From Amphiscolops sp. MND2022 (Eukaryota), in NCBI GenBank assembly GCA_964187785.1, contig OZ076409.1:93560001-93624000 (forward strand): a DNA stretch of 64,000 nt, in the 5' to 3' direction. Below are positions 34,061-47,095 of this stretch, in pieces; positions within the stretch are counted from its first letter, which is position 1; each line of letters opens with the position of its first letter. The translations under genes were made by a program, and so were the position numbers. The notes under the pieces were generated by a model. That model made no database searches, had not been told where the DNA came from, and saw only the letters and a program-made list of their open reading frames with translations.

Positions 34061-35064
34061 GCCTGGAACCGGCAGCGGAACAGCATTCAGTACAAGCAAA
34101 ATAATTTCCGTAAAGTTAAGGGCATAACAACTATGACGGGACAAACAAGTTTACACAACGCACTACTGGTTCAGTCGAAATAAGGATTCAAATTTTTATT
34201 CAGGAAAACATTGCAGACGGGAAAATGAAAACCCTGCAGCTAGCACCAACATTGAACAAGACGCCCGCTAAGCACCGGGATTTTTTCCGCCCTGTTCGCA
34301 TTCACCAACTGAGCCATAGCTATTTTGGGAGGGAGGGAATAATATCAAAAGAATAAGATCTAAAATTTAGTGATTTCAGATCTTATTCCTTTTAGATCTT
34401 ATTCCCGCCCTGAAATTTTAGATCTTATTCCCTTTAGATCTTATTCCCTTTTTTGACTTTAGATATTATTCCCGCTGTATGCTATTTTAGTTACTAGTAG
34501 CTATATAAAAAAGTCAAGTAATCAAAAGGTGGAGATTGTGGAGATTTGGCAAAATTTGGAAAAAAACTCGTCACAGATCATGCTTTTACTCCCCCATTCA
34601 TAAAATGTGGGGTCGGAAAATAATAAAGACAACTATGCCTATTAAAATATGACTTGCAGTCAAGAACGGAGATCATAAAATGTTGGGTTGCACAAAACAA
34701 ACGAATGATTGAATAAAATTTGAACATGATCCAGCTAATTCCAATATCTGTTAAGCGTATGCGACAAATTGAGGAACAATTGCGGATTCTCCCCGAGAAA
34801 CCCCAGTGGGGGAGGAAATGACGGCCGAAATGAACGCCCAAATTGCAACACCGAAGACATCCTCGGAGTCACTGGTGAAGCAGACAGTCGACCTCGCGTC
34901 ACAATCGATGAGTGAATCCAGTGTCAGAGATATGACGCCACCGTCGCCAATGAAAAAGCAAAAGGAAGGTTTTGAATTGAAAAGTCTAAACAAAATGGAA
35001 TTCCAGTAATTAAATACGTTACTATACGATACATTAGATTTGAAAAGTCTTCACGTTTTATTTG

Positions 35065-35222
35065 TTTTGAAGTGTGGAATACGAAATTCAAACATTGAGT
35101 TCTCATTTTAGTGAATTTAGAAAACGAAAGGGGTGTATACCAGCTGGCATACACCCCTTTCGTTTTCTAAATTCACTAAAATGAGAACTCAATGTTTGAA
35201 TTTCGTATTCCACACTTCAAAA
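35065..35222. repeat. 158 bp near-perfect spacerless palindrome
   Basis: Arms are exact reverse complements except one A/C mismatch beside the central CCAGCTGG. Confidence 0.95.
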
Positions 35223-36746
35223 GAGCACATTATGAAGGGGGAATGTGTACTGAAAATGAACAAACTATTATGAAGTTTACCGTCATTTCGACAGATACCC
35301 CTATTAACATTTAATTACCGTTTGGAGCTTATCAGTTTCCGGAGCGTTAAAGTAGATTATGAGTTATGCAGAAAACTTTTGTTTTGTAACATAGCGTCAA
35401 TTCAATTGTTTCAGCTTCTTGCTCGTTTTTTTTTCAGTATAGTTAGAACCTCAGGATACGATATTTGTTGTTTTGAATCGATTTTTGAGAATCTGGATAT
35501 AGGCTTTCTTCTGGTCGGACAAAATGCAATGCTTGCCAGGATCTTTAAAAAATAAACAGACAAGGATCTTATAAGATGTTTTAGAAGGATACAATGAAAA
35601 AGTAATACCTTACAATAATTCAAAATATCGTCACAAGAAAGCACTGTTTTTTTTCTACCGTCGCACGGCTTGTTCCTGGTTTTTTAAATAGGGCATTTCA
35701 AAAATCCCGAAATCTTGACTACTGCATTTTTTTCTACCTGTAGAAAATACCTAACCTAGTGTTTAGAATTATGTCGCCTGCATTCGTAAGCTTTCTTGAC
35801 TTCTCTGCTGTTGTCTTTATTTCTGACAGCTAATTAACTTCATTTTTCTATATAGAAGGAAATCACCAACGAGTGAAAAAACACATTTGCAATCGATTGA
35901 GCGGACCAATTGCATCATCGAAGCCCTTTGGGAACATTCTTGAATTTTGTTAATAGGAGAAAAATTCGCTTGATGAAAAAATTTCGTGCTACTGCTCTTG
36001 AATAAAACTGCAAGGAGCTTCTTTAAACCCCAAGTAGTTATGGCAGCAAATTTTGCGATATGACAGATCACAAAAACTAAGTTGAACTGAATGTTAGAAA
36101 TCAATGGGGCATTATTTGTTCACGCAAGTTACCTTTTGAGTCGTTTCTCTCAGACTTTGGGAGCCATTACTCCTAAAGGCTTAGTGGAAAAGTGGGAGAA
36201 TGATTTGAAAATTTGCAACTATTACGAAAGTTGGCATTTTACAGAGGACGAAAAAAGGGGAAAACGCCTTTGTGACGTTTGCAAGGCGTCGTTTGAAGGC
36301 TGGCTTCAAAACTGCCGAGCAGAGAAAAGCTTCAGTAAATAATTTTAGGCCATTTCTTGAGTTTTCTGAAGACTCAACAACATCCAATCAACTAGCTTGC
36401 TCATTAACCTCTAAACATAGTTCCGATCAATACGAAATCATCAACAATTCAACCAACAATCATTTTCGATTTTTGAATAACAATATTTTCAATTGGAATT
36501 CTTGCTAAGATCATGGTTAGCCTTTGCACGATCTTGCATGGTCATGGCATCCTTGCCAAGATCATGGCAAGATCTTGACAAGGCCAGCAAGGAACTTGCC
36601 ATGGATATTGGCAATTGTACCAAGGTTTCGAAAACTGGAAATCTAGAATAGCGAAACATTTCATGTATGTCCATGAAAATACTAGACCGGAAACAACTAT
36701 GCAGATATGGAAAAACAGTAAAAGCATACTTGAAGTTAATTATCTT

Positions 36747-37499
36747 TGTAACGTCCGGCAGTCGGCGTTGCAGAAGTTTTTGAAAATTTCGATCAAAAAT
36801 TCGAAATGTGCGACATCAAACAAGCACATTCAAGATGGCCGACCCGGCAGGTACGAAAACCGTAGAGGAAGCAAAAAAAAGGCAAAACACCCCCAGAAAG
36901 ACCCAACCCACCACCCAGGAACGAGAATGTCCGAGATGTCATCACCCAGAAGGCGTGAGAATCAGGAATTCGGCCATCTGACAGCAAAAAGACAGGGTTT
37001 TGGCAGAAAAGTGCCAAATGAGACCATTGTGCCCCGAAGATGAGGAATGATGCCAGAGGCAGGAAGCCGATGATCGCCACCGAACTGTAACTGTATACTT
37101 TATTGGGGCCTATCCCCACCTACTTTGACCGTTTATAGCGTATTTGGATAATGTTTGACCTACTAGGGCCTCATTTTAGTCCTTATTCACCAATATAATG
37201 TATTTCAGCTAGACACCTTTTTGGACCTCGGAAGTATGTAGGAGATGGCAGGAACGCGCTAAAAACCTTAGGATTTGTTTTTACAGGCTTGTGGGGCGTG
37301 TCCGGACTTTGAGAGTGCCGGCACGTCGCCTCGGAGCTCTAACTAGAGGAGCCTCCTTAGACGTTAGAAAAGTCCCCCATGGAGACCATTTTGGGATCAA
37401 AAACTAGTGTTTAGGAGTGTAGTAAGACAACGGTCTCCTGTTTAAGCACCCTAAGCATTGTCCCTCTTCCTAGATGTGCGCCGCTAGCCGGACGTTACA
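36747..37499 (+). repeat. 5' LTR (753 bp)
   Basis: TGTAACGTCC...GGACGTTACA; no difference from 41471-42223 seen by eye. Confidence 0.96.
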
Positions 37500-37515
37500 T
37501 CTGGAATAGTTTTTA

Positions 37516-37532
37516 TGGCGACCACAGAGGGA
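37516..37532 (+). promoter_or_regulatory. primer-binding site, tRNA-Arg-like
   Basis: TGGCGACCACAGAGGGA, same as 13043-13059, same 16 nt spacer. Confidence 0.75.
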
Positions 37533-40500
37533 TATTTTTCAAGGATATTTTTCCTTACCGCGTCCTGCTAGGAGCAACTTCTGCTTTCCGGCCCTGAAAG
37601 GTCCGGATCTAGGAAAACATTTTGGAGAGTCCTAGATTATTTTTATTGCCTTAATCAAGCCTTTTAGGCTTTCTTCTAGCTGAATTCCTGCGTTTCCTGC
37701 ATGTTTCCGAGGTCTGGAAAGAGAAATAACTGATTTTCGGCAAAGTACCGTTTTGACACCGTTTCTGCTTACCGAGATTAACCATCCGGCTTAACCGGAT
37801 TCTGTTTTAAAGGGTTTTGTAGTCTCATTTCAGCTTAGTTGTAATGTATTGGGACTGCAGGGACGTGATGTGAGCGCCTCCACTAGCTGTGACGATGGTG
37901 CGACGTCCTTCACGACAACACCCTCTTGACCCACTGGTGGACCACTGCGAATCGGCTGGGTTACAATCTCCTTTTTTGTTTTTGTGGCTTTAAAAGCCTA
38001 TTCCCAGGCGTACTCCCATTAGTAAGAACTGAGAAAAATACCCACTGGGTATTCCGATTGTTTTCTGAAAAAATATAGCGAGCTAGCCATAACACCCTAT
38101 ATAGCTCTAATTTCGATTTGGTTACTTTTAAAAGTCGAAATCTTTCAGAAGATAGTAGGACCAATGGGAATACAATAAAAACGTTCCATTAGACCTATCA
38201 GGTCAGGAACAGAAAAATTTGTTTAGCTAAATTGTCAAAAACACCGAAAACTTTAGCGATTTTTGTTTGAAAACGTCAACTTTGGACTTTGAGACGAAAA
38301 ATGGTGAGGGCGAAGCCCTGTTCGTTTTTCTCAGAGCATTGCGAGCCACCTAAAATTCTTTTTCCCGAGCCAGATATCAGAAAACGTTATCGTCAAGCAG
38401 TTTCTTGAGGCCCTCCAATGAAATATTGAATAAGTTACCAGCCAATTTTAATTTTAATACAATAGCCATTTATCGGTCATCATTAGTTACAAAAGCCAAA
38501 ATTTTTCAGAAGAGGGTACGGCCAGTGGCAATACAATAAAAATGTTCCACTAGACCTATCAAGCTAGGAACAAAACTTTTTAACCCGCTAATTTACTTAA
38601 AAACAAAAAAAAATAGCGATTTTTGTTTGTGAAGACCCAAAATTGGCCTAACAGACCAAATGTGGTGAGGGCGAAGCCTTGAGCGTTTGTTCCAAAGCTT
38701 TCAGAGCTGCCCAAAAACATTGTTCCCGAGCTTGGTGGTACAAAACACTACTGCCAAGACGTTTTTTACCCTTCCCCAATATAAATTAAAAGTTTAACCG
38801 TTGACATTCTATTGTTATACATAGACCTGAGTAGAGGACCCCATAGACCTGAGAGTTATAACATCAAAACTAATAATTGAAACAATCCCAGTCCCGTGAA
38901 CAAAGTTATTACACCTTATTACGTTACGTTTAGAACTATCCCGAACATCTGGGAACCGAGAAATAAAAAGTTCCTAGGGAAAATACGTGTTTTTCATAGG
39001 TGTTCCCAGAGTGTCCAAGGTGTAACCTAAAATCAATTTTGAGAGACCTTATTTGGAACCTGCCAGGTTTCGCTCGCCTATTTTCTGTTAGTAGAGAGTA
39101 CTAGATTACTAACGCCGAAAACCGCGAGTGATTCCAACCAGTGGTTGTTGAGAAATAGCCCAAAACGTGTTATTTTTGTGACATTTTCGGAACACTAGAG
39201 TAGTGCTTCCAGTACAGGTCGAAATCTCTCCTAGCAGGAGTAGCCCAAAACGGATTGCACCATCGTGTAGACCATAAAAAGTTACGTTAGTGGTGTAATT
39301 TTCATAGCGCTACCATTACTAGTGATTGAGAAATCTTAGCCGCAGTTTTGCTCGAAAATTGTATGAAAATGTCGAAAAAACCGAATTTTAGTTGAGCATA
39401 GTGCAATACCTTGCAAGTACCCCAGCACTAAAATTCTTGCATTTTCGTGCACACGACACTGGATCACGACGATTTGTGCAATTTGAGCAGCCGGCTACTA
39501 GCCAAAGCTGAGAAATTGACATTTTTGTGATTTTTGACCCGAAAAAGTGGTACCTCTGGTACATCAAGGTTTTGTCACTTCATATCGCCAGATATTGATC
39601 AAGGCACCTCGCCGCTCTGTTTTTCTCTTACGTGGGCAAAAGCTACGCTCGCATGCAAAATTTCAGGTGGCTGGGAAGCCTAGAAGGCGAGTCTGACCAC
39701 TTTTTGTGAATTTCACGACATAGTCAAATTTTCAGTGAACATTGTTAAGTGGCCCTGACACCCACAGGGTCAATTTTGACGCAATCGGAGGTTCATTCCC
39801 CACGATTCAACCAGTGTACTAGACGGTGTGAAATTTTCAGATCGCTAGCAGCGCTAGAAGTGATTTTCACCTTGTCCGGAAGTGCATGTTGACGAGAAAA
39901 TTGTTGATTTTGGGCATTTTTGCAAAAAATTACATAGTTTTTGTCAGTGTACGTGCCAGTAAGGGCCAAGGCGACCCCATTAGCATACTAGGCCCCCTCA
40001 GGACGCCTTGTTGAATTACTTTGATTAGTGCTAAGCTGACCCTAAGATGTCGGGTTTCTGAGAAAACCGGTCTTCGAGACATAGAGGTGAAAAACCGAAA
40101 ATGGAAATTCGCCTCCTGACTGCTATCAAAGTCACTTGAGTGCAATCTACTCATTCAGATTACGCATACTCAGTGCCCCACGGGCCCTACGGGTGCTGGA
40201 GCGCGTTTATAGGCACTTTTAGAAGTTTAGACTTTGTACGCAGTGCGTCTCAAAACAGAACAACAAGTACACTGATGACTGCCATAGTGGAAAAAGAACG
40301 CTTTTTCTAATCGTACTACGATCGTAAGGCAAAAAACCACTTCAAACTCAGTGTCTCTCCTCCTACTCACCCCCAAGGTCTACCCGTAGTCCCTAATTAC
40401 ATTTTTGTTATCACTTATGCTCTCCAGAAACATGGCAACATGAGTGACAAGCGGACATTTCAGACAATCTAACATCTGTAGCCAAGCAGACTTCTCAAAT

Positions 40501-41462
40501 AATCAGTGTTCGTTGCTCAATTCATGCCTATGGCGTACTTTGGTGCTCGGTACCACAGTTGCGTGAACCATGTCGATGTGAAAACACCGGACCAGAGATT
40601 GGCCCGGGGAGTACCCGTACTCACCCGAGAGAAGTCAACACCAAGCATGATGAAACACCTAGAGCTTCGAAGCTCTGAGAACTGCTTGGCCAGCGGCCGT
40701 GCTTTTAGAACCCGAATGATTGCTCTGGAACTTGTTTTTAATGCCGAAGACTGTTTTCATGATCTATCATGCCTGATTTTTGACTTTTATTGGTTCTGCT
40801 CTATCATCGTTAGTGACATTGTCCCCTCTTGAGAAGAAGTTTGTTTCCATCTCTTGCATATACACTGGTGCTTGTACTACCTAGACAATAACTTTAACTC
40901 GGCGTACACTGCTGACACAAAAGATTGAATAGTTTCTCATTTTTGGTGATATTTTTGATTTTTTGAAGCCTGTTTCACCCATTAGTGCTAGTTATTGTGC
41001 AGTTTCTGTTGGCCATGAACTTTGCAAGACCACAGCTGTTACTTTTATTTTTCGCTTTTCAAGTGCTATCGTGCATTTTATAAAACCTAACCTATCAGTC
41101 GGACCCCAGGTCAGTGCCAAACCTATTATGATGAGTGCTTTTTATGCAGATGCAATAAGGTGCTAGAAATTTTGAAATCTTGGTGCGAAATTAAAAGTTT
41201 GAATTTGTTTTGAATATGAGGCTAAGTGTCTAAAGTTGCTAATATTTTTCCAATGCAAGAACCCGTTGTTGGTGTTGAATCCAAGGAAGCCTGCTAAGCT
41301 GGCAAAAACTCATGTTTTTGGGCAATAACGTGTTTTTGGGCAACGACTTCCAATTTAGATTCCTGAAGTACCATGTTGCAACAGTATCACTGGATCACTG
41401 GATGGTGGCAACCAAGATGTGAACGTCCTCTCTCGTTTGTCGAGGACGACAAACTACGGCCC

Positions 41463-41470
41463 GGGGAGGA
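41463..41470 (+). promoter_or_regulatory. polypurine tract
   Basis: GGGGAGGA directly before the 3' LTR. Confidence 0.8.
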
Positions 41471-42223
41471 TGTAACGTCCGGCAGTCGGCGTTGCAGAAG
41501 TTTTTGAAAATTTCGATCAAAAATTCGAAATGTGCGACATCAAACAAGCACATTCAAGATGGCCGACCCGGCAGGTACGAAAACCGTAGAGGAAGCAAAA
41601 AAAAGGCAAAACACCCCCAGAAAGACCCAACCCACCACCCAGGAACGAGAATGTCCGAGATGTCATCACCCAGAAGGCGTGAGAATCAGGAATTCGGCCA
41701 TCTGACAGCAAAAAGACAGGGTTTTGGCAGAAAAGTGCCAAATGAGACCATTGTGCCCCGAAGATGAGGAATGATGCCAGAGGCAGGAAGCCGATGATCG
41801 CCACCGAACTGTAACTGTATACTTTATTGGGGCCTATCCCCACCTACTTTGACCGTTTATAGCGTATTTGGATAATGTTTGACCTACTAGGGCCTCATTT
41901 TAGTCCTTATTCACCAATATAATGTATTTCAGCTAGACACCTTTTTGGACCTCGGAAGTATGTAGGAGATGGCAGGAACGCGCTAAAAACCTTAGGATTT
42001 GTTTTTACAGGCTTGTGGGGCGTGTCCGGACTTTGAGAGTGCCGGCACGTCGCCTCGGAGCTCTAACTAGAGGAGCCTCCTTAGACGTTAGAAAAGTCCC
42101 CCATGGAGACCATTTTGGGATCAAAAACTAGTGTTTAGGAGTGTAGTAAGACAACGGTCTCCTGTTTAAGCACCCTAAGCATTGTCCCTCTTCCTAGATG
42201 TGCGCCGCTAGCCGGACGTTACA
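41471..42223 (+). repeat. 3' LTR (753 bp)
   Basis: Direct repeat of 36747-37499. Confidence 0.96.
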
Positions 42224-45214
42224 CTTGTTGATTAAAGAAAAACAGGATAAATACAATTACCAGCGTTTCAAAGGGCCAGTTGACTGCAAGTATGATAAAG
42301 AAATTAAATTTAAAAACGTTGATTTTTTTTAACGTAACTAACAAGAACTTCACGATTCGCTCGGCCATTTGCCTGAGTCGATAAGCTTTGCCATTGGCTT
42401 AAACGGTTTTTTCTAAAACTTCGGTTAGCAGTTATCATCAACACCCAAACTGTAAACATTTAATATCATAAAAACTGATCATACCAAGTCGTAAAAATTC
42501 ATTCATCTTTGATCCTGCTGAAGTGACTTTCATCGTTCACTTCATGGCGATTAAGAATTTCAAAAGTCACGCCGAGCTTTGTTTGTGTAGCCTATACTTA
42601 TAATGAGTGGAAGTTAGTCAAAGTGAATGACTGAATTACGGAAAAGTGCATTTTTGGATCAACTTCCACTTTTTACTAACTACGCGTCTTGACTAGTATA
42701 CACTATTCTTCATTACTCGCGTTGACGCAGCTACCGGTACACCTTCCAGGAGTAAACAGTCTTGACTGAGTTACGCTGAATGACTATTTTACAGATTACA
42801 CAGATTACGCTGCGCGGCTGAAGTCCGTTTCACCGGGTTGTGTCTCGTAATGAGAGCGATCTACAGCATTACCCTGCAAGAGGTATAGTATTTGGAGGAC
42901 AAATAGGAATAAATAAGTTTCACGAGAGTAAATTACGCAAAATTGCATCGTGCATTGGAATATGGTACCAAAATTGAGTTTTGAGGTTTCAATATTTGAA
43001 AAAAAAACTCGCAATGAATATTTTGAAAGTGTTTCGCTGCTCAATGGTCCTAATAAAACCTTCCGAGCCATCTTCATAATATTGACCTACACTTTAAAAA
43101 TCTTTCCAATTGGAAGCTCGAAATTTTCGAAAAGCATTCGATATGACAACCTTCATTAACACGTTCTGTCCATTCAAAACTGGTCCTTTATTTATCCTTA
43201 AATGCCGACACTATCGTGTTGGTTTCACACTTTGATTTCCAAACCAATCATTTACGTACCATGCAGTTAGTAACCTGATTGAAGTTAGGTTGTTAGAGAG
43301 AGGGCTTTTGAGTTCGTTAAAAATTAAGTATTTGCGGTAAATTTTGATTAACAATTCAGGCTTTTATTGATTGAAAAACAATGGTTTTACAGATTGTGTT
43401 CACATGGCTTTGATTTTGTAGTATTAGTTGTGATAGCGATGAATCGCCAGTCACATTTAGAAAGCGGTAAATTTGATAATGTCTGAGCTACATTTAAAAA
43501 AGAACTGATGCTTATTGAAACCTAAAAGACGTCACGGCTTCAAATTGCCGCCAAATGTTTAGTGAATCTTTACAGCGGCTTGATAAAGTCCAATACAACA
43601 GCGGTATTTTATCGCATTAAAAATCTTGATAAAAGGTGTTAGCAACATTAAAGAACATTTAAATGTCCACGCAGGTGCAGCAAGGGTATGCTTGCGGTGG
43701 TTTTTGAAATATGCCGACTTGAAAATGTTAATTCCATTCCTGATGCTCAGAAGAGAAGAAACAGGCAACTGCTTGAAATTTCAAATTTTTCTGACCAAAA
43801 TTTCAGTTTTTAAACCAAATTCCATCACGTGTGAATAGATAAATGAATATACTCAGGTTCTCAAAAATTTGTTCGAACAGATTTTTCTCTTCCAAGGGTT
43901 TCCCTAGCAAAATTGCCCTCTCGAAACTTTTCACATTATTGTTTTTTCACGGAATACCACCTTTGCCGGTTGTTTTGTAGACGTAAAATGGCAATTATAG
44001 CCATATTAGTAATCATAATTAAAACCTAGCTTAAACAGTGATCCAAACTCAATATAGAGCGAAAACATCAATTTTCGGTGAGGCAAAATGTCAATTAAAG
44101 TCATGAATTCAATTTCAACATCCACTATTGACTAATGAAGCATTTATACTGAATTTATGCGATTAGTTATTAGAGGCCCCAATTTAGTCGCTCGTTAATT
44201 TTTTGCACGAAAAGTGGCGTGTAATTTTTTACTGAAATATTACTGACAACCCAATAGGAGTTGGAGTTATATTTTAAACCATTATCTACCTCTTTCAATA
44301 TCTATAACCTTTAGTTAAGGCTGATTTTCGTGAATTTTTGCTTAATATTCTGAAAAAGTTCATTCAGCAATCCATTTTTTTGATTTTTTATTGAGTCGTG
44401 AACTCATTATTTGTAAAATTCTTCTTATCCAGAAAACGGAAAAATTGTTAATTTTGTTAGCGGATGACTTCAAAGAAACTATGAATTTATCAAGAAATTA
44501 TTTGTCGTATGTTTTCCCAGTGAAAATACAGTGATACAGTGCTCATTAATGATGTTACTACATGAACTTTTTTCTCGCAGCCTGATTTTAAGAAGGCAGC
44601 AGTTTAAACATTTCTATCATTATGACGTTTTGAAAAAAGCAGGAACAAGTTTTCTAACGTAAAAAGTCCGACCAAATTTGGTCGCAGTCGACGTGTGTTT
44701 GCTTTTCGTTGTATGTCATATTAACAAACTAAAAGTTTTTGGAACACCAATATATAGTTCGCGACAAAAAAATGCGTCACTTTGAAAATCGGTAGCGTAT
44801 ATTAACATGAAGTAGCGATCAAGGAAATGGTGTGTACGATTACGGTCACAAACAAAAAAAATAGGTAAATGCTTGGAATACATTTTCTGTTCATTCAGAT
44901 GTTCAGAGCTTCCGTTCACGTGAAGCCTAAATGGTTTTTATCAACGCACATTGAAGAATTCAATTGGAAAGAAATAGACTCCAAAATCTCATGCATGTTG
45001 TGGAATCTTCTGAGCGTACTTTTGTACCAAAACTATGAGGCTCTACAGAGCGAGTAGTAGAGTCTATATAGACAGCATGGAAAGGACGACGTCGGAATTG
45101 ATGGCATCAATCGAAGGTGATTGATTCGCACTGCTCTTGATTTCACCCAAGTCTGTCAAAACAATTCAGAATTTCACCTTCTTTTTCATAACGGTTTCCA
45201 AGAATGCGATGAGT

Positions 45215-46310
45215 CACAAGTTGGCGCCCCACTTAGAACTCAAAAAAAGCAAAGTTCAAAAAAATGATCAGTATCTTTTTTGGAAAAATCAAGAAAATAG
45301 CTTTGGAACACTCAAAGTGTGCCTTCCGCGCTCGGAAAACGCTTCAAACGTTCGGAGTTCTGGGACATCGTGAAGCGTTTTTTCGAACCTCGGTCTCCTC
45401 CTTAGTACAACAACGCATTTTATGTCAGATACAACATCAAATTTCGAAGATAGCAAAGGGGAGAGACAAATGGGAGCGCCCGTTTTCGAACATCCGCCTC
45501 AAACTTAGTAAAACACATGTTACTTCGGATATGGTGACAAAAATTCGCAAATAGCCCATCTTTCTGGAAATTCCACTTCTTTGTCTTCTTTGTGAAAGGC
45601 AACGTTTTTCACTTATAACGTCAAAATTTCGGATAGAGCGAGTGCGCCACGGCGGCCGCAGGAGTGTCTGCTGAGACTGTACAAAAAATGGACCATTCAG
45701 TGTGGGATTGTCATCAGACAAAAAAGATCAAGACGGGAACAGTTTTCAAAATATGCTTAGGATGATTTCATGACAAACTCCTGTTTTCGAACTTATTTCG
45801 GATAATTTCGCAAAAAAAAACAATTTGTGAGTATATATCGGGAAAACCTAAACGCAGACGAAAAAAGAGAAATTTGAAACAGTCTCATAGTGCTTAAAAA
45901 TTATTATGAGGAGACCCTTCGGGCTTTTTGAAAGTCCCGTTTGTTGGAAAATATCCAAACAATTGAAGATGGGACCCATGGGAGACAAAAAATTCGACAA
46001 AAGTCTCACTGTGTCAAAAAACATTGAAAGGGGAGCCTTCAGTCTCATCAGGCTTTGCAAATGTTCGAAAAACTTTTTTATTGAAGCAGGGACGGTAACC
46101 CGCGACCGGTAGGTTCCCCCTAAACTGTTTAAAGTCTGTACTAAAAAGTGGTACATACAGGGTGAGCTGTGTGGTCTGACGATTTAAAGAAAGAAAAAAA
46201 TCTAGCCACTGTAATTGTCTGGCACTTTTATTGAGAAAAGCGCCGACTGAAATCAATGACCAGTGTAATTAATAGTCGGCGCATTTTTTGCTGACACGCG
46301 CCGACTAAAA
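45215..46310 (-). mobile_element. composite/nested DINE-1/HINE-like copies
   Basis: Family motifs CAAGTTGGCGCC (~45217), CAAGACGGGAAC (45729), AAAGCGCCGACT (~46240), GCGCCGACTAAAA (~46300). Confidence 0.55.
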
Positions 46311-46445
46311 ATTGGAATTTACAATTTGCAGTTCACGTTATTGCGAGATTGTCACCAAACTCATTCCTTACGCCAACGCTTTGTTTCAAGGCTGGATAGT
46401 TGAGTAGGACGGCGCGACATCCCAAAAAGAGCCTCTCTCTTCAAA

Positions 46446-46490
46446 AAAGAACACTTTGTGATACACTGAGTGTATCACAAAGTGTTCTTT
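46446..46490. repeat. perfect 22 bp-arm hairpin with 1 nt spacer
   Basis: AAAGAACACTTTGTGATACACT G AGTGTATCACAAAGTGTTCTTT. Confidence 0.9.
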
Positions 46491-47095
46491 CGATGGTAAC
46501 AATTTGCGGATATTGCAACGGCCTGCAAATTCTCAAGACATCGAGCCAAAATGACTCCTAAACGGAACAATTGGGAAAACGTTGCTCAACATGTTTTCAC
46601 GACTGAGACAGGAACCATTTGATGAGTTCCAGTAAAGAACGACAAACAATGTTATGAAAAAACAAAAAAAAACTAATTTAAATGAAAAATTTTATAGAAT
46701 ATATGTCTCAGTGTATAACTGTATTAGAGGTTTGGACCACTGACACCAAATGAAAGGGAAAGGTGTACAGATCCCGACAGAGATTCCAGGATTTGTCTAA
46801 AAGTTTAATTCTGGTGAAAAAAGTGCTCTACAAAACAAACAGACCTCCTAATTGGAGTTTTAAAAATTTTCGATGCAAATTTGTACAGATCCCGACAGAC
46901 ATTCGAGGATTTGTCAAAAAAACTATACAAAAACTACCATTAAAATAATATACTGTACTCCGAATTATCAACTAAAACTACTCCAGCAAACCATGTTTCG
47001 GAACTTTTAGAACTAATATTAGCAACGCCTCTAGCCTTTACCGAACTTTGAATGATGAGGAGTTTCAACTGAATGAGCTTTGGCCAGGTAAAATA

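Larger units (their letters stand above)
36747..42223 (+). mobile_element. non-autonomous LTR retrotransposon (LARD-like, 5477 bp) related to the 1-13784 element
   Basis: Two 753 bp LTRs, PBS, PPT, no pol motifs; internal 37500-39900 homologous to the leader at 11040-13075. Confidence 0.93.

Noticed and set aside
34340..34480. Clustered TTTAGATCTTATTCC repeats
   Set aside because: Probably subterminal repeats of a small decayed DNA element; ends not definable.
34806..35009. 67 aa Ser/Glu-rich ORF
   Set aside because: Low complexity, no motif, no supporting gene structure.
35817..36400. Possible hAT transposase remnant on the minus strand
   Set aside because: Only a weak KKLLAV..SSS..FF resemblance.
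36615..37119. ORFs of 142 and 108 aa over the LTR
   Set aside because: Within U3, repeated only because the LTR is, and not preserved in the related LTR at 13076-13784.
42795..42885. GC-richer island that could be a host exon
   Set aside because: Splice-like sites on both strands but no recognisable peptide or partner exons; needs RNA-seq.
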